A stretch of DNA of 64,000 nucleotides, taken from an uncultured Eubacteriales bacterium. GTDB lineage: Bacteria > Bacillota > Clostridia > Christensenellales > CAG-138. The notes below the pieces were generated by a model, which was not told where the DNA came from, searched no databases, and saw only the letters and a program-made list of their open reading frames with translations. This document shows, piece after piece, positions 56,849 to 64,000 of this stretch (the first letter of the stretch is position 1; every line of letters starts with the position of its first letter). The stretch spans positions 1,855 to 65,854 of the forward strand of contig UQXE01000001.1 of assembly GCA_900544965.1 (NCBI GenBank). The letters are read 5' to 3'. A program made the position numbers and the translations under genes.

Positions 56849-57046
56849 TTAATACAGGCCAAAAATTCGCGACACGCTGTCAAAGAGCGCCCCTATCTGA
56901 TTTAAAACCATCATCAGAGCTATTATAATGCCAGCCAGCGCCGTTATCATCGCTATATCGTCGCGTCCGGTCTGTTTCAAAAGCTGACAGGCCACAGCGA
57001 CAAGTATCCCTATACCCGCAATCTTAAGTATTATGTCAATCCCCAT
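56849..57046 (-). CDS. spoIIIAC: stage III sporulation protein AC
   Basis: 65 aa, MGIDIILKIAGIGILVAVACQLLKQTGRDD... A GGAGG SD precedes the ATG at 57046, and the longer ORF overlaps spoIIIAB. Confidence 0.85.
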   Translation of the reverse strand: MGIDIILKIAGIGILVAVACQLLKQTGRDDIAMITALAGIIIALMMVLNQIGALFDSVSRIFGLY

Positions 57047-57062
57047 TGTCTTCCTCCGTAGC

Positions 57063-57566
57063 CTAGAGTATAAGTATCGCCGCAGCCAGTCCGGTAAGCG
57101 CGCCAAGCGAACTGTAGAGCCGCTCTTTAACCGAAAGTTCCTTTGAAAGGGCGTCTATAGCCCCCGTAAGCTGCAAAATCGCAAGCTCCGCCTGCCTTAG
57201 CTGGCCGCTTAAGTCGCTTGTCCCCAATCCCTTTGCAAAGTCGGCTAATATCCTTCTTTCCTCAGCGCTCAGGCGCATAAACTCCTGTCTGCTGCTCTCC
57301 ACCATGCGCCACGCGTCTCCGGCCGCGCTGCTGCCGTCCATATTGTCGCAAAGAAGCCTCCATATTTCAGCATCCTTGAAGTTGGAATAATCGGAAATCA
57401 GGCTTTTTATCGGGCGTAGGGTAAACTCAAGCTGGTTTTTTATCTGTTCTATGTCATATTTCATATTCTGCAGAAAACCCAGCCTCGACTTAATATCCCA
57501 TGCTTTGCTCATGCCAAACAAGGCGCAAACTGCAAATATCATGGCCGCGGAAATGTACCTAAGCAT
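57063..57566 (-). CDS. spoIIIAB: stage III sporulation protein AB
   Basis: 167 aa with N- and C-terminal TM helices, in the expected operon position. Confidence 0.8.
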   Translation of the reverse strand: MLRYISAAMIFAVCALFGMSKAWDIKSRLGFLQNMKYDIEQIKNQLEFTLRPIKSLISDYSNFKDAEIWRLLCDNMDGSSAAGDAWRMVESSRQEFMRLSAEERRILADFAKGLGTSDLSGQLRQAELAILQLTGAIDALSKELSVKERLYSSLGALTGLAAAILIL

Positions 57567-58491
57567 TTATATTCACCTTCAATCCCGCATATGCCGGCTC
57601 CTCGCGGGCATGTATTCCAAACTGATCTCTAGTCAATCTCAGCACCTTTTTAAAGGCCCCTTCGCTAAGCAGCGCATTCATCGACGGTCTTGACCTCAGC
57701 TCTGCCATGTCCGAGGCGTGGGCGCTAGCTATTAGCGCTATGCCGCAGTTGACCGCCTCAAGCGCCGCGGCTGCGTCCCTGTCATTTCCCAGCTCGTCCG
57801 TAAGGAGTATCTCAGGGGACATGGAACGCACAGCCATCATCATGCCGTCAGCCTTTGGGCATCCTGTCAATATGTCGGTACGGCAGCCCAGATCCAGGCT
57901 GGCAATACCGTTTACGCTTCCCGAAAGCTCGTTCCTTTCGTCCACAACACAAACCTTTTTGGGTATTACTCCCACGCCGTCGCTAAACCTCCTTGCAATA
58001 TCGCGAAGCGCCGTTGTCTTGCCTGTTCCAGGCGGGGATATAAGCAGCGACGATACCGGACGCCCAAACCCATCTATAAGCGATTTTATGATATGCTTTG
58101 CGGCATCCCTGACCTCGCGGGCAATCCTTATGTTAAATCCAGTTACGTCAGCCAGGCGTTTTATATGCCCTCGTTCCGTGATGGCCCTTCCACAAAGGCC
58201 TATACGGCAACCGCCTATTGTAACAAAGCCCTGCTTCAGTTCCTCCTCCCTGGCGTAGATCGAGTGTTCGCATATATTGATAAGCAATCGGGCACAATCG
58301 TCCGCTGTTGCCACGATGTCCGATATCATCTCGTCCCCATCCGAGTATATTAGCTGAACCTGCCTGTTGACCCGTATACGTATCTCCTCAAGCGCTCTTT
58401 GAGCGTTTACGGAAACAAGTATTTGGCTTAGCCGCGGCGGGAATATGTACTTTAACTCATTGTCCAATGATCTATAGGTAGTATTAAGCAT
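57559..58491 (-). CDS. spoIIIAA: stage III sporulation protein AA (secretion-type ATPase)
   Basis: Walker A SPPGTGKTT. An AAAGGAGG SD lies 7 nt upstream of the ATG at 58491. Confidence 0.85.
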   Translation of the reverse strand: MLNTTYRSLDNELKYIFPPRLSQILVSVNAQRALEEIRIRVNRQVQLIYSDGDEMISDIVATADDCARLLINICEHSIYAREEELKQGFVTIGGCRIGLCGRAITERGHIKRLADVTGFNIRIAREVRDAAKHIIKSLIDGFGRPVSSLLISPPGTGKTTALRDIARRFSDGVGVIPKKVCVVDERNELSGSVNGIASLDLGCRTDILTGCPKADGMMMAVRSMSPEILLTDELGNDRDAAAALEAVNCGIALIASAHASDMAELRSRPSMNALLSEGAFKKVLRLTRDQFGIHAREEPAYAGLKVNINA

Positions 58492-58510
58492 CGCATGTCC
58501 TCCTTTGTTA

Positions 58511-58537
58511 GAGTTTATGAAAGCGGACACGCGATTA
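58511..58537 (-). promoter_or_regulatory. tentative sigma-E-like promoter of spoIIIA
   Basis: On the minus strand: ATAAT (58537-58533), 14-nt spacer, CATAAACT (58518-58511). This resembles the ATA...CATACA-T pattern, and the match is weak. Confidence 0.2.
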
Positions 58538-58725
58538 TCACGTGCCCGCCCAAAAGGATGCATATGTTTATTTTATACCTTATCAATTAGGATTAGGGTT
58601 CTATCAGGCTGGCTATAGGCTTCATAAGTCATTAGCCGCTTCAAATAGGCAATAGATTATTAAGGCCGTTTTTAAGTTTTGCTTAACCTCCGGCAATCTT
58701 GACTACTTAACTGTATTGAAATATA

Positions 58726-59640
58726 TCATGCTGCGGAATTCCGTCGATCAGCAGTTGATCCGTAGAAAACGAACAGTTGAAGTAGCCCCTTATCCGTTAT
58801 AAAATTTATCCTGTCTGTCATATTTGTGCTTGTAAGTTGAATCATCGAACCCTCCTTGAGCTCTATCGGCCTGTACTCATCCTCGTCAGAACCGATTAAC
58901 TCATACGCGTCAAAATCCTTTTTTATAAGATGATATTTGTATTCCTTATTGTATTCCATTATATTATAATAGTGATTCGTTTGCACAAGCGTATCGCTTG
59001 TAAACGCATACTTCATCCTGCAGCACTTTGTGCCTGCTACTTCATAGAGAGATTCCATCGTCACAAACCCTCTTTCAACGCTTACAGGATAACCCCTCAT
59101 CATTATGCAAAAATTGTTAATGTTTGAGAAATAGGTGCAACTTTCTTCCGATTCCCCCAGAAAACAGTGAATAACAGCATCGTTCTTCCCGTCCCCGTTT
59201 AGATCGGTAATTGCCGCATATGCGCCAACATATGGCATAGGTTCACCTATTTTGATCCGGGCTTAATATGGACCGTCTTGAGTCAGGATCAACTGATAAC
59301 CCGTCAAAGGCGTATTTGCCCTTTCGGCCTTCAGCGAATATCTAACCTGCCCAAGCTTTATAGTTTCTCCCAGATTTATATAGGCTATATCTATATCGTC
59401 TTTTACATCCTCGATTTTGTAGACGGGCTGCCAATCATGACCATCTGCAAAGCCGCCTGCTTCATCCTCCTTTGGGTTTTCATCTGATTGTCCTTCCACA
59501 TTGGATTTGCTTGCATCCGCTATGGAAGACTTTGCCGTTTCCAAGGGAACACGCATAAGGTTATCAGCTTTATTGCATCCGTATAAACACAGCATGTCCA
59601 ATACAAGGACTATAATTATTGTTATTATATGATGTTTAAA
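58726..59640 (-). pseudogene. lipoprotein paralogue interrupted by one in-frame TAA and lacking an obvious start codon
   Basis: ORFs 59263-59601 and 58726-59238 are in the same frame, separated by the TAA at 59263-59265 plus 8 codons. Together they align along the full length of the 330-aa neighbour. The upstream signal-peptide-like KHHIITIIIVLVLDMLCLYGC has no ATG/GTG/TTG in frame. Confidence 0.55.
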
Positions 59641-59848
59641 TAATTCTGCCTTTCCCCGTTCGCTTTAAATTTTAAGCGTTAATTCGAACCTGTAAACTGT
59701 AATAATCATTAAGTGTGGATCGTTGAATATATATTTTCTAATGATTGACTCTTTTGCGATTGCATGATGGGCCTGTTCAAACCGCTCATGGATAAATATG
59801 CTTGGCATCAAACAATTTATATAGTATGAGGACTATCCGCCTTAATCA

Positions 59849-60841
59849 TCATCCCGGCCAAGATAATTCATAGGAATCAAATATCTCCTCCTGTGGAACT
59901 CCGTTAATTAGCCTGTCCCAGGTGAAAAACGAATAATTGAAATAGCCTTCAAGCCCGCCTTCAGTCTTGAAATTAATCCTGTCTATTAGATTTGTGCTGA
60001 TTACCTGAAGCTTTGTCCCTGCCTTTAAAGTAATCGGGCTATATGAACCCGTACCGGCGTCCTTTAGCATAAAGGCTTCAAAGTCCTTAATTACCGTATG
60101 ATATTTGGGGGCACAGCCGTCCTCGACAACTATATCGAAAAACATGCTGCTCTGCACCATCATTTCATTCGAGTAAGCATATCTCATCGTAACACACTTA
60201 GCGCTTATAATATTATCAAAGAACATTTTTAAAGTTATATAGCCCTCTTCTATGTCTACTGGATACTTTTCTAAGCATGAGCGTACAAAGCCAAACGTTC
60301 CATCCCACACATAGGTATCGGAGGTTAACGGAGCGTCAATGTCCATATGCTGCGCCTCTATTATAACGTCGTCCAGTTTCCCATCCCCGTTGAGATCAAC
60401 AATTGCGGCATAAGCGCCTTCGAACATCCTTGGGCTTCCTATCTCATGGTCATAGCCGTCCTGACTCAGCATCAGCTGATAGAGTCCATCCCGAACCTGT
60501 GTTGCCCACAGCTTATACTTATACCCGCCCACATCAACCGACTCGCCTATGTTTATAAAATGAACCTCCATATCATCCTGTATATTCGGTCTTTTCTGTA
60601 TTATATTCCAATCGCTATAATCATCAACTTCCTTCAGCGGCTCATCAATATCGTTTAACGGGCTCTGCGCTGCCGTTCGTGTTTGCCCTTCGGTGGCATC
60701 CGGCGTAGCCCCAGGGCTAAAGGTGGAATTCATTGTTTGCCCCCCTATCGCTTCACTATCCTCTGGTATACAGCTGATTAATAAAACCGCACATGCCAAT
60801 ATTGAAATCGCCAATAACAGACCTAATGTTTTTTTACTCAT
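59849..60841 (-). CDS. lipoprotein with a DLNGDGKxD (FG-GAP/calcium-loop-like) motif, function unknown
   Basis: Lipobox LLISC at the N-terminus; 330 aa; paralogous to the split gene next to it. Confidence 0.7.
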   Translation of the reverse strand: MSKKTLGLLLAISILACAVLLISCIPEDSEAIGGQTMNSTFSPGATPDATEGQTRTAAQSPLNDIDEPLKEVDDYSDWNIIQKRPNIQDDMEVHFINIGESVDVGGYKYKLWATQVRDGLYQLMLSQDGYDHEIGSPRMFEGAYAAIVDLNGDGKLDDVIIEAQHMDIDAPLTSDTYVWDGTFGFVRSCLEKYPVDIEEGYITLKMFFDNIISAKCVTMRYAYSNEMMVQSSMFFDIVVEDGCAPKYHTVIKDFEAFMLKDAGTGSYSPITLKAGTKLQVISTNLIDRINFKTEGGLEGYFNYSFFTWDRLINGVPQEEIFDSYELSWPG

Positions 60842-61041
60842 TTAAAACTCCTTTCTCAAGAAAAAACAACTGTTTCTTATCCATCTATTACTCTTACTGA
60901 AAGGTATAATTATTAATAATAAATCTATGAATTATATTATAATATAACAATTAAATTAATTACTTATCAAGTCTATGCCAAACTTATTGATAATTGCGGC
61001 ACATTCATCAAACATTAAGATGCCTGCGCCGCCAACCTTAT

Positions 61042-61548
61042 CTAGTCAATATAGGCGCAGTAATCCAGAATAACATTGCCCGCTTGATCAGCTACAGTAT
61101 ATCTGGGGCAATTATACCTCTCAACAAACCAGGCGGAAGGCTTCACCTTCCATCCCTGTTCCGCGAATTTTTTCATACAATCGTTATGCACGTCCATGCC
61201 AAAGAGCTCTCCCGAATTTTCCTTTCCATATACGTAGCACACGCCTAGATCCCCCTCGGCCACTAAAACCGATTCGAATCCTTCTGGAGCCGTATCCTCG
61301 GGCGACATCAATACGCCTATCCAATACTCAACGCCATCTTCAGAAAGCCGCATCATGCCGACATAATCGTCGCTTATGCGTTCTATTCCACCGCACTGCT
61401 TAAGGTCGTTAAAATAACCCCTCTGAAACCACTCCTGCCATTTCTCGGAGTAGGAGCCATACCTATCCCTGTCCTTATCTCCATATCTCTTGCCGATAAG
61501 CTTCAGCTCAGGCATATGCTCCTTAAATACCTTGATTATCTCTGCCAT
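61042..61548 (-). CDS. GyrI-like / effector-binding-domain small protein
   Basis: 168 aa with a pattern typical of stand-alone AraC-effector-binding (GyrI-like) domains (ELKLIGKRY..., YWIGV, VERY). Confidence 0.5.
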   Translation of the reverse strand: MAEIIKVFKEHMPELKLIGKRYGDKDRDRYGSYSEKWQEWFQRGYFNDLKQCGGIERISDDYVGMMRLSEDGVEYWIGVLMSPEDTAPEGFESVLVAEGDLGVCYVYGKENSGELFGMDVHNDCMKKFAEQGWKVKPSAWFVERYNCPRYTVADQAGNVILDYCAYID

Positions 61549-61777
61549 TGCGCATCTCCTTTAGTATTTAATTTGAATATTTAAAATATAGCATGTTAGC
61601 CAGCGTAACGCCATAGTTCAGCTTTTTTATATGCTTTAACGAACTCGGTAAAAAACACAACATATCAGTGTTTCTGCTAAGCAGAAGTCGGCCAAAGCGG
61701 TTAACTACCATCTCCCTAATGTCTTATAACGCTTGGTATATAGCCGTTGGTTCCATCCGCCGCCCTGTCCCATATCA

Positions 61778-62626
61778 TTATATCCCCGCTTTAAGCTCGG
61801 CCGCCTCCACAGTGTTTTGCATAAGCATGGCTATCGTCATAGGCCCTACGCCTCCGGGAACTGGGGTAATAAAATCCGCCTTCTCCCTAACCGATTTAAA
61901 ATCCACGTCCCCTACAAGCTTTCCGTCAACCGTTGAATTTCCAACGTCTATTACAATCGCTCCTCTTTTAACCATCTCTCCGTTTATCAATCCTGGCCTG
62001 CCCGTAGCCGACACGATAATATCCGCGTCTTTAGTAAACCTGAATAGTTCACGGGTTTTTGAATGGCATAGCGTAACCGTTGCGTCCTCATTGGTCAAAA
62101 GCATGGCCGTAGGCCTTCCAACCACCATGCTGCGGCCTATTACAACCGCATGCATGCCGGATATATTCCTTCCCGTGCTCCTTATAAGCTCTATGATGCC
62201 CCTCGGCGTACACGGCGGTATGGTCGGCAGGTCTATCATAAGGCGTCCTGAGCTCTCAGGATGGAACCCGTCGACATCCTTTTCGGGATTAAGCTCGCCT
62301 ATGACCGCATGCTGGTCCATGTGCGGCGGCAGCGGAAGCTGCACCAATATGCCGTGAACAGTGTTGTCCTCGTTTAAATCCCTGACCACGTCAATAAGCT
62401 TGCCCTGCTCCGTTTCCTCAGGCAGCTTATATATGCGCGCTTCCATACCCAGCGCCTTGGCTCTTTTTGCCTTTATGCCAATATAGCGTTGTGAATATTC
62501 ATCTCCGCCTACAAGCACTAGGCAAAGGCATGGTTTTACTCCCTTAAACGCCAATGATTCTATCCTGGGCCTTAGTCCCGCGTATACCGCCTCCGCTACC
62601 GCCTTGCCGTCTATTATACCTGACAT
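61778..62626 (-). CDS. folD: methylenetetrahydrofolate dehydrogenase/cyclohydrolase, paralogue 2 (purL-linked)
   Basis: Canonical FolD: IIDGKAVA, SQRYIGIKAKRA, HGILVQLPLP, DVDGFHP, GRSMVVGRP, PVPGGVGPMT. Confidence 0.9.
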   Translation of the reverse strand: MSGIIDGKAVAEAVYAGLRPRIESLAFKGVKPCLCLVLVGGDEYSQRYIGIKAKRAKALGMEARIYKLPEETEQGKLIDVVRDLNEDNTVHGILVQLPLPPHMDQHAVIGELNPEKDVDGFHPESSGRLMIDLPTIPPCTPRGIIELIRSTGRNISGMHAVVIGRSMVVGRPTAMLLTNEDATVTLCHSKTRELFRFTKDADIIVSATGRPGLINGEMVKRGAIVIDVGNSTVDGKLVGDVDFKSVREKADFITPVPGGVGPMTIAMLMQNTVEAAELKAGI

Positions 62627-62645
62627 TCGACACTTCCTTCCTTGC

Positions 62646-64000
62646 TTATAGCCTAAAGTAGTCTACAGCGCCCCTGAAAAAATCGTTGACATAATTTCCT
62701 GGCACGTTTTTATACAACCCCTCACGGCAACGTTCGCTGTGCGCCATTCTTCCAAATATTCGTCCGTCCGGAGAGGTTATCCCCTCGACAGCCCAGTCCG
62801 AACCGTTGGGGTTTGTATCCATATCCATGGAAGGCGCGCCGGAGAGATCGGCGTACTGCGTAGCAATCTGCCCGTTTCTCTCCAATTTTTCAAGGAGCTC
62901 CGCAGAGCATACGAAACGACCCTCCCCATGCGAGACAGGGGTTAAATGTACGTCTCCGACATTATAGCGCATCAACCATGGCGATTTATTCGAAGCTACC
63001 CTTGTCCTGACAAGCCTGGACTGATGGCGGGCTATCCTATTGTAGGTGAGCGTTGGATTTAACGCTTGTGCTTCGCGTATTTCCCCATATGGCACAAGAC
63101 CGAGCTTTATAAGGGCCTGGAATCCGTTGCATACGCCGCAAATAAGTCCGTCACGCTTGTCCAGAAGGTCTGATATTCCTTCGCTTATTAAAGGGTTTCT
63201 CATAAAGGCGGTTATAAATTTGCCCGAACCGTCGGGTTCGTCTCCGCTGGAGAAGCCGCCTGGTATGAACAGGATCTGGGACTTTGAAAGCCTCCTTGCA
63301 AATTCATGAGCCGATTCCTCAACAGCCGATGAGGTCAGGTTCTTTATTACAATTATATCCGGCTCAGCTCCAAGCGCCTTTAACGCTTCCGCGGTATCGT
63401 ATTCGCAGTTTGTTCCCGGAAATACCGGTATCAATACCCTTGGCGACGCGATTTTTACCGCTGGTCTTGGCCATTCGGACGCTTTATAGGAGCAGGTACT
63501 TATCACTTGGCCTCTGGCCTGGGTTTGTGTTGGATATATGGATTCCAGCCTGCTCTCATACGCTTGTTCAACAGCGTGCAAATCCGCGCTGCCGCCGATT
63601 ACCTCAATGCGGTACGATTTGGAAGTATGCCCAATAATATCGCTTTCGCCCGTGCCGCTTTTAAACCCGGGCGCCAGTTCCACTATAAATCCTCCGTAAC
63701 ATGGCTTGAATACAAGGTCGGAATCAACATCCAGCTTCGCTCCTATACCGTTGCCCAGGGACATCTTAAGCACTGCCTCCGCTATGCCCCCGCGGCCAAG
63801 GGCGAAAGCGGAAACCGCCTTCCTTTCCTTGATCAGCCTGGATACGGTGCCGAGCACCTCAAGCAGCGGCTTCCCGCTTAACCGACCGCTTTCCCATCCC
63901 TCGGGCGCAATAAGCATCAAATCAGAACCCACGCGTTTGAACTCCGGGGATATCACATCGCCGATATCAGCCATAGCAACAGCGAATGATACGAGTGTTG
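62646..64000 (-). CDS. purL: phosphoribosylformylglycinamidine synthase, single-chain type, C-terminal part (the 5' end lies outside the window)
   Basis: The frame is open to the window edge. The C-terminal glutamine amidotransferase domain is present (GVCNGFQALIKLGLVP, HGEGRF). Confidence 0.85.
   Translation of the reverse strand, partial: TLVSFAVAMADIGDVISPEFKRVGSDLMLIAPEGWESGRLSGKPLLEVLGTVSRLIKERKAVSAFALGRGGIAEAVLKMSLGNGIGAKLDVDSDLVFKPCYGGFIVELAPGFKSGTGESDIIGHTSKSYRIEVIGGSADLHAVEQAYESRLESIYPTQTQARGQVISTCSYKASEWPRPAVKIASPRVLIPVFPGTNCEYDTAEALKALGAEPDIIVIKNLTSSAVEESAHEFARRLSKSQILFIPGGFSSGDEPDGSGKFITAFMRNPLISEGISDLLDKRDGLICGVCNGFQALIKLGLVPYGEIREAQALNPTLTYNRIARHQSRLVRTRVASNKSPWLMRYNVGDVHLTPVSHGEGRFVCSAELLEKLERNGQIATQYADLSGAPSMDMDTNPNGSDWAVEGITSPDGRIFGRMAHSERCREGLYKNVPGNYVNDFFRGAVDYFRL

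Noticed and set aside
61668-62357. 229-aa plus-strand ORF
   Set aside because: It is antisense to a canonical FolD gene, and its Ser/Pro/Thr-rich translation is typical of a shadow ORF.
1-64000. CRISPR arrays, rRNA/tRNA genes, intact IS elements, integrases or prophage blocks
   Set aside because: I saw no regularly spaced direct repeats, no tRNA-like or rRNA-like segments, and no transposase or integrase ORFs while reading. The only sizeable repeat is the XRE tandem duplication.

Overview
This window looks like core chromosome of an endospore-forming Firmicute, probably an anaerobic Clostridia-type organism. It is densely packed with about 70 genes, and I found no rRNA, tRNA, CRISPR array or intact mobile element. 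Plus-strand blocks: acpS-nnr, a class A PBP, a gerA-family germinant receptor operon (A-B-C plus a small fourth ORF), a T-box-controlled leuS, degV, tig-clpP-clpX, tmcAL-ylbJ and folC-folD. Minus-strand blocks: engB-tadA-lpd-pyrG, coaD-rsmD, and a long compact run purL-folD ... spoIIIAA-AH, asp23-amaP-DUF2273, nusB, a tsaD-like gene, xseA-xseB-ispA, [626-nt ORF-less gap], a small polytopic membrane protein, dxs-tlyA-nadK-argR-recN. The most interesting feature is that ORF-less gap (about 48.03-48.66 kb, minus strand). Its gene neighbourhood is the one described for OLE (ornate, large, extremophilic) RNA and its membrane partner OapA, and a perfect long-range helix closes the segment. Ordinary protein-centred annotation would miss it. 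Other points worth a second look: a pyrG leader with a GGGCTC start plus terminator (reiterative-transcription attenuator signature); a tandem duplication of a small XRE regulator with mosaic identity; a SpoIIIAF reduced to its membrane segment; a lipoprotein paralogue pair in which one copy is broken by a single in-frame stop; two folD paralogues; a beta-lactamase-fold protein lacking the SxxK catalytic residues; and two decayed loci. All calls come from reading the sequence and ORF translations, and no database search was run.
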